From: Malacoraja senta
Lineage: Eukaryota
Direction of reading: 5' to 3'
Length of the DNA: 64,000 nucleotides
NCBI GenBank assembly: GCA_038087875.1
Contig: CM075989.1
Coordinates: forward strand, 7,814,001 to 7,878,000
Position 1 is the stretch's first letter. The number at the start of each line of letters is the position of its first letter. This document shows, piece after piece, positions 27,177 through 40,425 of this stretch. Under the pieces are notes generated by a model. It searched no databases, had not been told where the DNA came from, and saw only the letters and a list, made by a program, of their open reading frames with translations. A program made the translations under genes and the position numbers.

Positions 27177-29277
27177 CAGGGCCGGATTTAGATGAAGAGA
27201 GGCCCTAAGCTGTTCCACTTGTGAGGCCCTAAGCTGTTCCACTTGTGAGGCCCCCCCCCCCAATCCTCCACCCGCACAACTAGAGGAAGATGGTCCACCA
27301 GATTGACACCGATTTACAGCCGAGCGTGGCCAATGAGATAAGGGGCTGGAAAGCTGCGCTTTTTATTTATTTATTGCCAGTGCTAGTGTCGTTATTGGCT
27401 TAAAACACTATTATTCTGAAATGGAGGGCAAGGAAAATTATTGAAGGGTTGTTTAGAGACTACAGTGCGTTGTGACAGCATATGTAAGAAAGGCCTATGA
27501 CAGTGTCAAAAATATTATAAACCTTGAAGCAGGGCTCTCACAATTTTTTTTCTCTGTTGTCATCCGGGCAACCTTGGCAGCTTTTTAAGTTGCCAAATTA
27601 CAGTTTAGGTGGTCATTTAAGACGGCTTGCATGACGCGTGTGATAATCTGCTCGGACGAAGTGCGTAGTTACCAGTCGGAATTATGCTCAATGAAGCATT
27701 CACATATTATTTCTGCTTCAAATAAAGCCACAAACTAAACATATTCACCAATCAAGACATGATATATACCACAATGACATGCAGCAAAATTATAATACAG
27801 TATCTCAACTCTTTTTAGACATTGCAATGAATGCAATTTCTATTATTTCTTTCCACTTCCAAACAAAAATGTGGTTGGATTATTCAGCCTATGATCAACC
27901 TCGGTGAGACCAAGCGCAGGCTTGGCGATCGCTTCGCACAACACCTCCACTCAGTTCGCAATAACCAACCTGATCTCCCGGTGGCTCAACACTTCAACTC
28001 CCCTTCCCATTCTGAATCCGACCTTTCTATCCGGGGCCTCCTCCATGGCCAGAGTGAGGCCCACCGCATATTGGAGGAGCAACACCTCATATTTGCTTGG
28101 GTAGTTTACACCCCAGCGGTATGAATATTGGCTTCTCTAATTTCAGGTAGTCCTTGCTCTCTCCACCCTTCCCCTCCCATTCCCAGCTCTCCCACAGCCT
28201 GCTGTCTCCGCCTTTTCCTTTCTTTTTCGTGCCCCCCCCCCCCCCGACATCAATCTGAAGAAGGGTCTCGGCCCGAAACGTCATCTATTCCTTCGCTCCA
28301 TAGATGCTGCCTTACCCGCTGATTTTCTCCAGCTTTTTTGTCTACCAATGGGATCCCACCACTGGCCACATCTTCCCATCTCCTCCCATTTCGGCATTCC
28401 GCAGAGACCGCTCCCTCCGTAACTCCCTGGTCAATTCGTCCCTTCCCACCCAAACCACCCCCTCTCCTGGCACTTTCCCTTGCAACCGCAGGAAATGCTA
28501 CACTTGTCGCTTTTACCTCCCCCCTTGACTCCATTCAAGGACCCAAGCAGTCTTTCCAGATGCGGCAGAGGTTCACCTGCACCTCCTCCTACCTCATCTA
28601 TTGCATCCACTGCTCTAGGTGTCAGCTGCTCTACATTGGTGAGACCAAGCATAGGCTTGGCGATCCCTTCGCCCAACACCTCCGCTCGGTCCGCCACCTC
28701 CAGTTTAAATTCCATTTAGAATATTTATGGAGGACCAGGAAACCAGAAGCAAGAGTTACTCCAGGGAGTTACTCCAGATCCAGGGTCAGGGAGTGATTCT
28801 GCGTTGGTTTTCAGCGGTCGCGGTGAGGCGAGGCGAGGCGGCGACCGGACGCCAATGGCGGCCAGATCCCCCACAATTCAAAGCGAGGGAGAAAGTGCCC
28901 AGCGCCGACCAGTTGCCATGGCAGTGCGCATGCGCAGGCGGGAGGATGTGCTAGCATAACAGTGCACATGTACAAGGCGGCCTGCCGTGCCGGCGGATGA
29001 GAAGCGAGCAGAGACCGGAGACCCGGCGGCCCGGGCACGGATACGGATGGCGGGCGGAGACAGAGAGTTGACAGACAGAGAGTGAGAGAGAGATAGAGAT
29101 GGGGGGCCCGCCCAGAGTTGAATGGCAGGTGGCCTGCCTTGGCCGGAGGCCGCCTAGATTTCGAGGCCCTAGGCTTCAGCCTATGAAGTCTAGTGGTAAA
29201 TCCGGCTCTGTGAGGCCCCCCTAGATCTTGAGGCTCTAAGCTTAAGCTTGTCAAGCTTATACGTAAATCCGGCCCTG
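27177..29277. mobile_element. Non-autonomous hAT-type DNA transposon
   Basis: Perfect 14-bp TIRs CAGGGCCGGATTTA (27177-27190) / TAAATCCGGCCCTG (29264-29277). 8-bp TSD TTTAAACC (27169-27176, 29278-29285). No transposase ORF seen. Confidence 0.88.
27890..28695 (+). mobile_element. Two tandem Penelope-like (GIY-YIG) fragments inside the hAT element
   Basis: GETKRRLGDRFAQHL...PVAQHFNSPSH and CTSSYLIYCIHCSRCQLLYIGETK (GIY-YIG endonuclease), separated by the CTGAAGAAGGG...GAAACG 3' repeat. Confidence 0.85.
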
Positions 29278-31547
29278 TTTAAACCAGCATCTGCAGTTCC
29301 TTCTAACACAAATAATAAGTTTTATAAATGACCATCTTGACGCTCTGGGGCATCATTGGCATTTACTGGTGTTTGCAGGGGGCCGTGACTTAGCTTTTGT
29401 CTTTGCACGACCTGGGTACTGCAGTCAGGATGAGAGAACCGTTTACTGATCCCTGGGAGCTGCTCTCCCAGCGGGGGTATCAAAGAAACAGCAAGGATGG
29501 TTTCAGTGACGGAGCAGGAGCCGCAGGTTCAAAGAGGATATGACATTTGCTGCCTTGACAACAAACAATCTCCGCATTTGCAAAGCATCTTCCAGGCAGG
29601 GCCATTTGGATTTGCCTCACATTGATTCGATGGGCAGTGAACAATAGTCAGGTACTTAGTTCACTTCATCTCCTGACTTGAAGGATATCGTCCATGTGTT
29701 GCCTAGAATATCTGGTCAACACTGACCTTCAAAGGCATCCTAGAGGTTGTTGACCGGACCCCTGCTTGACAGGTTAATATTAACCTACAGCCCTGCTGAC
29801 TGGACTCATGTCAGAAGCCAATTAACCTACCCTTGTAGGTTAATTAGCTTCTGTAAATTGTCCCTAGTGTGTAGGATAGAACTAGTGTAGAGGTGATCGT
29901 TGGTTGGCATGGACTCGGTGGGCCAAAGGGCCCGATTCCATGCTGTATCTCTAAACTAAACTAAACTTCAGCCATGGAACAGGAGTGGTTTCATGGCAAC
30001 TTCAGGTTCCTGCCTGGTCCCCACTGCCCCTTGACATGGCCCAGCCACAGAGAGCCCTAACCCTAACCCTCCCTGGCCAGTCTTCTGGGCATATCACCCC
30101 CAAACCCCCCATTCTGTCTGCTTGCTGCTGACTTACAATTTGCCACCACCAGTTCTGGGCAGGCTGCACCAGTTAGATTAGCGTTCCCTGACTTCACTCT
30201 AAAATTAACCATTTGGTCATGACACTGCGAATTATTTAATTGAGTTGTAGCGTCAGCATTGGCTGTGCGAGGCAGATTTATAAGTGTCCAGAGTGTGAAG
30301 CATCTTCTCTCCCTGGAGAGGGTTGAAATAGGTCTCCTCTTAATGGTTTGCTGTATTTGGAGCGCTGCTCTCCCTCTCCTGCTGCCCTGGGGCCCTGCAC
30401 ACCTGCTCTGGAACAGCCTGCACACTGGATACTTTGCCAACCCACATCCAGGGACGGGAACGGCCACAGTGGTCCCAGTGGAACAATCTAGAAAGACGTG
30501 ACAGCAGCAGGTTCTTGCAGGATCTCTTTAGACCGTTTCACATTACATCTCCTTCTCTCTTTAGACTTTAGAGATACAGTGCGAAAACAAGCCCTCGGCC
30601 CACTGAGTCCGCGCTGACCAGCGATCACCCTGAACTGTAGCACTATCCTACACACTAGCGACAATTTACAATTTTACCGAAACCAATTAACCTATACACC
30701 TGCATGTTTTTGGAGTGTGAGGGGAAACCGGAGCACCCATAGGAAACCCATGCGATGACAGGGGGAACGTACAAATTCTGTACAGACAGCACCCTTGGTC
30801 CGGGTCTCTGCCTCTGTAAGGCAGCAACTTTACCGCTGCGCCACCGTGCCGCCCTCTCCTTCAGTGTCCCGGTGTAGTGAACACATCCGTGACACTGCTC
30901 AATATGTGACAGGACACATAGAACATAGAACAATACAGCACAAGAACAGGCCCTTCGGCCCACAGTATCTGTGCTGAACATGATGCCAAGGCCAACTCTA
31001 TTGACCTGCACGTAATCCATATGCCTTCATTCACTGCATATTCATATGTCTAACCAAAAAGCCTCGTAAATGTCACCTTTGTATCTGCTTCCACCACCAC
31101 CCCAGGCAGTGCATTTCAAGCACTCACCAAACTCTGTGTAAAAAAGTTGCCCCGCACAACCCCATGAAATTATACCCCTCCCACTTTAGAGCTATACATG
31201 AATCATAATCATAATCATAATTGTAATTTATTAGCCAAGTATGTTTTGCACCATACGTGGAATTTGGTTTGTCATACAGTCATATCAAAAAAGCAACAAG
31301 ACACACAATTACATAAAAATTTGACAGAAACATTCCCCACTGAGATGGAAGGCAATAAAGTCGTATCTTCTTTCCTCCTTTCCTCCCGCAGCCATCGTGC
31401 GGCGCCCCCTGGAATACAATGTGAAGAGTGAAGGGAAAGATGAAGAGTGCGGAGTATCGTTTCTCAGCATCGTAGCGTAACAGTTCCGGAGAAAAGGTCC
31501 AACCTTCGCAATGAGGTAGGTTGGAGAATTGGGACTGTACCCCAGCT

Positions 31548-31910
31548 TAGAGTCATAGAGTGATACAGTGTGGAAACAGGCCCTTCGGCCCAAGTTGCCC
31601 ACACCGGCCGACATGTCCCAGCTACACTAGTCCCACCTGCCTGCGTTTGGTCCATATTCCTCGAAACTAGTCCTATCCATGTACCTGTCTAACTGTTTCT
31701 TAAATGTTGGGATAGTCCCAGCCTCAACTTCCTCCGCTGGCAGCTTGTTCCATGCACCCACCACCCTTTGTGTGAAAAAGTTACCCATCAGATTCCTATT
31801 AAATCTTTCCCTCTTCACCTTGAACCTATGTCCCCTGGTCCTCGATTCCCCCACTCTGGGCAAGAGATTCTGTGCATCTACCCGATTTATTCCTTTCATG
31901 ATTTTATAAA
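31548..31910 (-). mobile_element. CR1/HER1 LINE 3' fragment
   Basis: SRTRGHRFKVK...FFTQRVVGAWNKLP. The tail GGGCCGAAGGGCCTGTTTCC is shared with the HE1 SINEs. Confidence 0.88.
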
Positions 31911-32649
31911 CTTTTTATAATCATATGGGAGTCTGATAACAGAGGGGAAGAATGCGTTCCCGAATCTGGTGGTGTGCACTTTCTAGCTTCAGTATCTTCT
32001 GCCCGACAAGAGGAGGTAAAAGAAGGAGTGACTGGAATGGATAAGGTCCTTGATTGTGTCGGCTGTGTTTCTGAGGCAGCATAGTTTAGATGGAGTCAAT
32101 GGTGGGGAGTCTGGTCTGCATGATGGACTGGGCTACATCCACAACTCTCTGCAATTTCCCAAACCAAGTTGTCAGGCAACTCATTATACACCGTCAAGGA
32201 AAGACCAAGTCTGACAGTGAAATCCAGAGTAGCTCGGGTAGCTCACAGTCAAAGGTATGAACATTGAATTTCACAATTTCACGTAATCAAACTCCCCTCC
32301 TCACTTTTCTGCCCTCCCCCTTTTTCCCCCTTTCTCTTCCCTTGGACCTGGATTGTGCACCCAGTTTTCCCTTTCTTCTTCTCCCGTGTCTCCCTGCCCT
32401 CCCCACAACTTTACCCCTGGCCAGACTCCCCACATGCTGTGAAAGGAACTCTCCCCCCAATTGATCCCTTGAACAAGTTTTGTCATTCAATAAGATCACA
32501 GCTGATTCAACTTGTCCCGGTGTGCTCCCGTTTCCCCCACCATCTCTCCACCTGCCGTCACCCTCCACCCCCCACCCATTCAGTAATTCAGAATGAAGGA
32601 GAATTGGAAGCCTTGGGCAAATTGCTTTCTATATTTTTATTTTTTTGAG

Positions 32650-32736
32650 CGTGAGAAATTCTATGTCCCACCAGCCTTCTTTCAAAATTTAGCAACTCAA
32701 AATGGGGGTGCGTTTTCATTGCCGGGAAATACGGTA
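32650..32736. mobile_element. Possible Tc1/mariner-pogo MITE end remnant
   Basis: Ends GGGAAATACGG-TA, resembling CCGTATTT-type TIRs plus a TA site; the partner end was not found. Confidence 0.3.
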
Positions 32737-33658
32737 CTTTATTAAGAGATTAGCCTTTTGAAGACTTTCTGAGTCGACTGACAGCTTACGGAGAGAACAA
32801 TCTGTGCATGCGCGGTTTAAGATTTTATTAAAAGCCGACTGACTGCCTACCCTGAGTAATTACTCACGGCACGTGCCTGCTCTCTCGAATACCGTACATC
32901 TGTATTCAGTACAGGTGCTTTTCTTCCAATTTGTGTTTGGCCTCACTCTGACAGTGGAGGAGACCCAGGACAGAACCTCTTCTTGTTCTCCAGAGATGCT
33001 GCCTGACCCACTGAGTTACTCTAGCCCTTTGTGTTGTTTTTTTGGATAAACCAGCACTTGCAGTTTCTTGTGTCTATGCCTGAAATCCAAAAGGTCCTAT
33101 TTTGGGCATTTGGACCTCCTGTGGCAGAGAACGAACGAGCAGCAAACAGCTGATGGAAGTGGTGTCAGAATCCGTCTGAGAGGGGAGTGAAAGGAATCTC
33201 TAAGACCATGCCAGGAGTCATCCCTGCAACCCGAGCCATCGCACTGGGACTTCCTGGGGCAGGAATAGACAAACACCGCAGACTCCTGTTTTTGGATTCA
33301 GCCCGGGGAGTTCAGGAATTTCATCCCAGTCTCTGCTTTCCTGCCACTTGGTGATTTTGTTCGGTTGTGCTGAGATGTAAATGAGTGTTGGTTTATCAGA
33401 GGTAATGGGTGTGATTCAGGTCAAGTTGAGCCTATTGCACAAAGTTTGGTGAGGTACAGGTACAATAAAAATCTTGCTGACAATGTGATGCCTCTCTATC
33501 TCCTGCCCCATGCGCACAGCCTGCCCTTATGGCCCAAAGGAACCAGCCCCCATTCCGGCAGGCTGGGGTTGGGGTAGGCAGGGCTTTTAGAAGTCGGGAA
33601 AAGCTGTGGAAGGCCCGCTACACACATGCAGGGCAAAGTCCAGGAGGTCTCTGCTCAT

Positions 33659-33931
33659 CGGTGGCGCAGCGGTAGAGTTGCTGCCTTACAGTGCCAGAGA
33701 CCCGGGTTTGATCCTGACTACGGGCGCTGTCAGTATGGACTTTGTATGATCTCCCTGTGACCGTGTGGGTTTTCTCTGGGTGCTCCGGTTTCCTCCCTCA
33801 CTCCAAAGACATACAGATTTGTAGGCTTCAGTAAAAATTACAAGTTGTCCCCAGTGTGTAGTGTACGGGGTAATCGCAGGTCGGTGCGGGCTCGGTGGGC
33901 TTGTTTCCACACTGTATCTCTAAAGTCTAAA
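33659..33931 (+). mobile_element. HE1-type V-SINE
   Basis: cggtggcgcagcggtagagttgctgccttacag...tgtatctctaaagtctaaa. Confidence 0.88.
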
Positions 33932-34419
33932 TCTCAATCTTGACCCATCTGTACTAGGAGTGAGAAATTACTCCCATTACTGAGAAGTCAAGATGATTTC
34001 TTGAGTAACAAAAGCTGCCGAATAGTAGCATTTTCTTATTCCTGAAGGGCTTTGCAATTTGCAGGAAGAATATTGTTAATGAAGCCGATGACATGGGATA
34101 TTACACCAAAGCATCGGTGAACAAAGAAGACTGTAAAAAGTGGTGGACACTGCCTGGTCCATCATGGGCACCGACCTCCCCACAAATGAAGGGAGGTACA
34201 ATCAAAAAGGCAGCCAGCATCATCGGAGACCATGCCTCATTTCACTCCTCCATCGAGATGAAGGTATAGGGGCTGAAAACTGTAACGTCCAGGTTTAGGA
34301 ACAGCTTCTTCCCAACAAACAATAATAGTGCAAAAGGCTATATGGAGGTGGGATCAATGACTAATTTTGGTGCAGGAGTAATGAATGTAGGGTGCAGAAG
34401 AATTTAAGGTTAGGGTTCT

Positions 34420-34880
34420 CCAGGGTGCTGCTTGAATTAGAGGACATTAGCTCCAAGGATATATTGGACACACTTGGATTGTTTTGTCTGGAATGTTGGA
34501 GGCTGAGGAGAGACCCAATAGAGTACATAACATTATAAGAAGCATTGATAGGATAGATAGGCAGAACTTTTTTCCTGGGATGGAAAGGTCAAAGACGAGA
34601 GGTCATAGCTTTATGGTAAGAGGGCAAAGTTTGAAGGAGATGTACAGTGCAACCTTTATCTACACTGTGAGAGGAGGGTGCCTGGAACACATTGCCACAG
34701 GTGGTGGTGGAGGCAAATACAATAGCTGCATTCAAGAAGCTTTTAGATCGGCACGTAGATATGGAGGTAATGGAGGTGTATGGATCACATGCGGGCAGAG
34801 GAGATGTATTTAACATGCCATCGTGTTTGGCACAGACACTGTGGGCTGAAGGGACTATTCCTGTTCTGTTCTATGTTTAT
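34420..34880 (+). mobile_element. Decayed CR1/HER1 LINE 3' fragment
   Basis: SKTRGHSF, VVVEANTIAAFKKLLDRH; CR1-type tail. Confidence 0.75.
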
Positions 34881-37335
34881 GGACACCCAGATGTCTCTGT
34901 GTTTCAGAGTTCTCTTGATTTGGATGTAGCAGAAGCACTGCAGGGCTGGCTATTCCTTCACCGACACCTCCCAAGCAGATGAGCTGATCTTCATCGCAGT
35001 GCTGCTTGTGGCAGCGTGCCGTAAACCAAGCTGCCATGCTTCCTCCCATCTACACCTCACGCTTCCTCAGCAAGGCCACCAGCATAATCAGCCTCTTCTC
35101 CCCTCTCCCTTCGGGCAAAAAGTATAAAAGTGATAAAACGCACTCCTCCAATTTCAGAGGTAGATAAAAATGCTGGAGAAACTCAGCGGGTGAGGTGGCA
35201 TCTATGTAGCTAAGGAATAGGTGACGTTTCGGGTCAGGGACAGTTTCTTCCCAACTGTTATCAGGCCCCTGAACCATCCTACCAACAACTAGAGAGCAGT
35301 CCTGAACTAATATCTACCTCATAGAAACATAGAAAATAGGTGCAGGAAGAGGCCATTCGGCCCTTCGAGCCAGCACCGCCATTCATTGTGATCATCAACC
35401 CCTATCAATAACCCGTGCCTGCCTTCTCCCCATATCCCTTGACTCCACTAGCCCCTGGAGCTCTATCTAACTCTCTCTTAAATCCATCCAGTGACTTGGT
35501 CTCCATTGCCCTCTGTGGCAGGGAATTCCATAAATTCACCTCATTGGAGACCCTCGGTCTATCTTTGATCGGACTTTACTGACTTTATCTTGCACTAGAC
35601 ATTATTCAGGTTACTCGTGTATCTTGTATCATGTATCATTTATCATACATCTGTACACTGTGGATGGCTCGATTGTTACCATGTATTGTATGGTAATGTG
35701 TAGGAAGGAACTGCAGATGCTGGTTTAAACCGAAGATGGACACAAAATGCTGCAGTAACTCAGAGGGACAGGCAGCATCTCTAGAGAGAATGAATGGGTG
35801 ACGTTTCAGGTTGAGACCCTTCTTCAGACACCCATCCCGAAACATCACCCATTCCTTCTCTCCAGAGATACTGCCTGTCCTGCTGAGTTACTCCAGCATT
35901 CTGTGTCTATCGATTGTATTATAATCATGTACTGTCTTTCCGGTGACTGGTTAGCACGCGACAAAAGCATTTCACTGAACCTCGGTCCATGTGACAATAA
36001 ACTAAGCTCAAACTATACTACCGTACAGTGATGACCACAGCCAGTCTTCCTGTTTGGCTATAATGTGCATTGGGCAACCTGCAGTGGGCTGGTTCATTTC
36101 CTTTCCTGAATCCCCTCCTGTTTCTACATTCCCCACCCCCAGTGGCTCTGTGTGCCACAGAATGAGGTGAATGTTGCCCCTCCAGCTGAGTCTGATACTC
36201 CACAGCCTCCGGCAATCTCCCATCTCACACTCCACACCCAACTATTGCACTCACATTTCAAAGCTGCTTCATCTTCCAAACCCACTCCTCACCATCATTA
36301 GAGCTCTTCACACTTGTTCAGGTTCTGATAGATGTCCACCTGACTGCAGAGACCACAAAGGTGCTATGGAAAGTCAGCTGCTCCTTCTCTACATCTTTCT
36401 ATGTGTGTAGAAAGGAATTGCAGATGCTGGTTTATACTGAAGATAGACACAAAGTGCTGGAGTCATTCAGTGGTGGACATAAGGTGCTGGAGTAACTCAA
36501 TGGGTCAGGCAGCATCACTGACATCAGTGTCTGAAGAAGTGTCCTGACCCAAAACGTCACCCATCCTTTTTCTCCAAGATGCTGCCTGACCCGCTGAGTT
36601 ATTCCAACACTTTGTGTCTACCACATATTTCTACCCCTCCCTGCTCCCATGCCCTCTGGTCCTGGTGAGTGTCACAGTGGGTCGACTTCCATTTTATTTG
36701 TAAAACTGAAGAAGGGCTTTTCCCAAAAGTGTTGACCCCCCCTCTTTTCCATCCTGGTTTGTTTCTTTCCAACACCACCTTTTTTCAGTCCTGGATTTCC
36801 ACATTTGCAATCGTCCACCTCTTGTTTCCCTTGGATGTACAAATCTTCGACGTGACAATCCAAGGTTTATTTTGATTTTAAAGGTTGGCTAATGGTTTCT
36901 GGAGATCCACGTTTCGCCACAAGAGACATTCCACTTCTGGCTGTTGTGGTATTTAATTACTTGCTTTCCGAAGAGTCAGTGCAAGGCATTTACAAATTAC
37001 ACTTCAGAGTGGAAAAGTTCTGAGTTTGTTTTTTAAGGCTTTTCATAAAGGGATCAAAGGAAGGAGTTGAGACAAACTAGAACACAGTTAGAAGAACAGT
37101 TCAGATAATGACTGATCAGTAATGAACAGTAACAGATTTGGCAAATATCTTCCACTACACTGTGCTTAGTTTTTGAAACTGTACATAACCCTACCACACT
37201 AATTATGTAAACAGCTCTTTACAGTCTGGTTCTATTCAGCATTAGATATTTATCGGGAAATTATTACGTGAAAACTCACATCTGAAAATCAATATGCACC
37301 ATCCATGAATAGATCTGGTGAGAGCTTCTGTCAAG

Positions 37336-37345
37336 CCATAAAAGG
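37336..37345 (+). promoter_or_regulatory. CArG box / TATA-like element upstream of CALML6 exon 1
   Basis: CCATAAAAGG fits CC(A/T)6GG and lies about 140 nt upstream of the ATG in non-repetitive sequence. Confidence 0.35.
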
Positions 37346-37482
37346 TAGCTTTAACTTTAAACCCACTGGGCATTGAGGGCTCACACTCTTCAATAATGTA
37401 AAAGATGCACTTGTTTTCTGGCTGTGCTAGACTCTAGAAGATCAAGTCCGCTCTCTGTCACTGCCCCTGCTGTTCCCTCACC

Positions 37483-37485
37483 ATG
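37483..37485 (+). CDS. CALML6: Calglandulin/CALML6-like gene, coding exon 1 (ATG only)
   Basis: ACC-ATG followed by a consensus donor GTAAGT. An ATG-only first coding exon is typical of calmodulin-family genes. It joins in frame to 39741 to give MPSTLPPDLLAEYKG. Confidence 0.8.
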
Positions 37486-39224
37486 GTAAGTCATATCTGA
37501 ACTTTGCCGGCAACTTACATGAATCGGTTCAAAGCGATGGGTTGGAACATTGAGTTCTTGTTGAAATTACACATTACATGTGGGCAACAGAACTTTTGAA
37601 ATATGTGTTAATTCAAGGTTGGCTCGAGTTTGATTGTGGCTTTGAAATTACTCTGAGTGCTCTCAGCAAATCGATTTTGCACCGGTTGTATCAAATACAA
37701 AAGTGTGAGTTTATGTGATGTGAGAGAGAGGGAGCCAGGTGCATGAAGTGAGATGTATAACTGGCGCCTCCTGTATCTGGCTGATATCCAGGGTGTACTT
37801 TAAGGCTGACTGTCTGTGTTGAGTTAATGAATTGTGTAGTGATTTTAGTGAGTGGTAAAACAGCAGACCAAGTGACGACACTGGTTCCCTTGGACACACA
37901 CAGTAAATGCCCTGGTTAGTGAGAGCCCGGACTGGGAAGGTCCTGGGTTAGGAAGAGCAGCTGCAGCTACAGCTCCGTGGAGGTACAGCCCAGTCTCACA
38001 GGCAGTTGTCACCTCTGTGCCGAATCCTGGACCTCTCCATTCCTGCACTTCCTCATTGACAGTTCCTGCACAGGGAAAGGCTGCCGCAAATTCACCATTT
38101 GCACGAATGTTCTTCTAAAATCGAACAGATTAACAGAGACAAATTTTAAAAAGAATAGAAATCCTAAAACACTGTGTTGAAAAAGTTAATTTGAACTCGG
38201 AATTTAGATCGTTTTCTTTAAATGAAACCTAATTTCCCTAAAGTAAATGGAAAGGCCGAAAGCTAGTTATGCATTAGTTTGGCAAGTTCATGTTTAACAA
38301 ACCGATCAGAAGGGGATTGTCTTTATTGATTGCCTCACATGTGATAATTAATTTAAAGTAAATGAAGGAAGCAGTTGTATCAGAAGGCAGATGACCATCT
38401 GTTCAGTGTTGTCCTATATTCCAGTGCAGGCAGGCAGGCAATCTGGGCCATTCCTCCTTCGAGAAGCTTTGTACATTCACACTGCCCTTGTCCTCCTGTG
38501 CCTCAAACATTCCTCACCTCCGTTCAGCTGCCGATTATCTCTCCTGCTCCCTGCTTCTCTCCTACCCCTTCTCCCCAGCACCCTCTACTCCCCCACACCC
38601 GACTGCCCCCTTTCTCATGCCATTCATGTTCATAATTTCTAGGAGCAGAACAAAGCCATTTAGCCCATCAAGTGGACTCCGCCATTCAATCATGGCTGAT
38701 CTATCTTTCCCTCTTGACCCATTTTCCTGCATTCGCTCCATTCATTTATTTCTGCTTTGTTTGCCAGTGACCTCACGTACCCTGGGCATGGCTGTCCCTA
38801 CCCTCCTGTGGCAGGGGTGCACTTGCTGTAACAGTGCCAGGACCCGAGGGGTGTGAGGATGGCAGGGAGATGGCAAGCTGACACTCTCTCTGCCTTCACT
38901 GGGAAGCCCGTTAGTCTGGAGCTACCCTCCCACTTGTGGAAACGTGCCCCCAGCACCCACCCTACGGTGGCTCCACAGTATCGTACACATTGTGATAAGA
39001 TTACCATTCATTCTTACAAACTCCAAAAAATTCAGACACCCTCCTTGATTCCGCTTCCCATGCCAACACCTTCAGTGCAAGAAAAAAAAACAAGGTGTTG
39101 GAGTAACTCACCGATCAGGCAACAGTTTGTGTCTTTTTTTGTAAACCAGCATCTGCAGTTCCTTTTGTCTACCTTCAGTCAGGGAATTCATTTAGCGAAT
39201 TGCCTCCAATCCAGCCTTAGTAAT

Positions 39225-39545
39225 TTTAGTTTTGAGATACAGCATAGAAACAGGCCCTTCGGCCCACCGAGTCGATGCTAACCATCAGTCATCCATTCTC
39301 ACTAATTCTATGTTATCCGTCTTTCGAGTCCACTCACTACACACTAAGGTCAATTCACAGAGTCCAATTAGCCTACAAACTTGCACCTCTTTGGGATGTG
39401 GGAGGAAACCGGAGAACCCGGAGGAAACCCACGCGGTAACAGGGAAAATGTGCAAACTCCACACAGACAGCACCCATAGTCAGGATCGACTGTGAGTCTC
39501 TGGCGCAGCGGGGCAGTGTTTCTACCAGCTGCGCCGCTGTGCCGT
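39225..39545 (-). mobile_element. HE1-type V-SINE (CALML6 intron 1)
   Basis: Reverse complement of the consensus. Confidence 0.82.
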
Positions 39546-39740
39546 CCCTCTATGACCAAGTTTGTAGCTGGCACACTCGCTGTGGTCTCACCAGTGTTGT
39601 CGCACTGCCACAGCACTGCCTTGTCAGTGCGTCCTGATCCCTCTAGGGCACTGCGCAAGTAGCCAGCGTGCTTGGTGCACAGCGTAAAATGGCTGCCGCT
39701 CATTTTCCAACGGTCTCTGCATTGTCTCTGACTTTTCAAG

Positions 39741-39915
39741 CCCAGCACACTGCCGCCTGATCTGTTGGCCGAGTACAAGGGTGTGTTCGAGATGTTCGAT
39801 GAGGAGGGGAACGATCTGGTGAAGACAGATGACCTGGCGAAGCTGATGAGCCTGCTGGGGATCAACATCACCAAACGGGAGCTGGTGCAGATGGCCAAGG
39901 ACGTGGACAAAGAGG
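39741..39915 (+). CDS. CALML6: Calglandulin/CALML6-like gene, coding exon 2 (EF-hand 1 and start of EF-hand 2)
   Basis: Acceptor ttttcaag and donor G|gtgagt. Translates PSTLPPDLLAEYKGVFEMFDEEGNDLVKTDDLAKLMSLLGINITKRELVQMAKDVDKE, closely resembling calglandulin (EYKGxFEMFDEEGNGxVKTDDL). Confidence 0.95.
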
Positions 39916-40123
39916 GTGAGTGCTCTGCATGGCATCTCTGGGGAAGATGGTTGCAGGATTAGCTTGTTAATGGACCCAGAGAAAGTGACATCAGTAGCAA
40001 ACCGGTTAATTAGCTAATTTAATAATCCAAGGAGTTGGTTTTGTGATCCAATCAGACATTCATTCTGCCCGGTGCAGCAGGTACATTTGAATATATATTC
40101 AAATTTTAATATAATTTTTTTAA

Positions 40124-40425
40124 AGTTTAGAGATACAGCACGCAAACAGGCCCTTCGGCCCACCGAGTCCGCACCGACCAGCGATCCCCGTACACTAACA
40201 CTATTCTACACACACTAGGGATGATTTGTACACTTTCACCAAGCCAATTAACCTACAAACCTGTACGTCTTTGGAGTGCGGGAGGAAACCGAAAACCTCG
40301 GAGAAAACCCACGTAGGTCACGGGGAGAACGTACAAACTCCGTACAGACAGCACCCGTAGTCAGGATTGAACCGGGGTCTATGGCGCTGTAAGGCAGTAG
40401 CTCTATCGCTGCGCCGCCGTGCCAC
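40124..40425 (-). mobile_element. HE1-type V-SINE, well preserved (CALML6 intron 2)
   Basis: Full-length reverse-complement copy with CpGs retained. Confidence 0.9.

Noticed and set aside
27199..27253. 24-bp direct repeats as a CRISPR-like array
   Set aside because: Adjacent tandem copies without spacers, inside a eukaryotic transposon end.
33659..33730. tRNA gene-like A/B boxes
   Set aside because: These are SINE heads that continue into the V-core and LINE tail; no complete cloverleaf.
1..37300. GNB1 exons expected from synteny
   Set aside because: No G-beta (MSELDQLRQEAEQL / WD40) coding sequence found; non-coding 5' exons cannot be recognised by eye.
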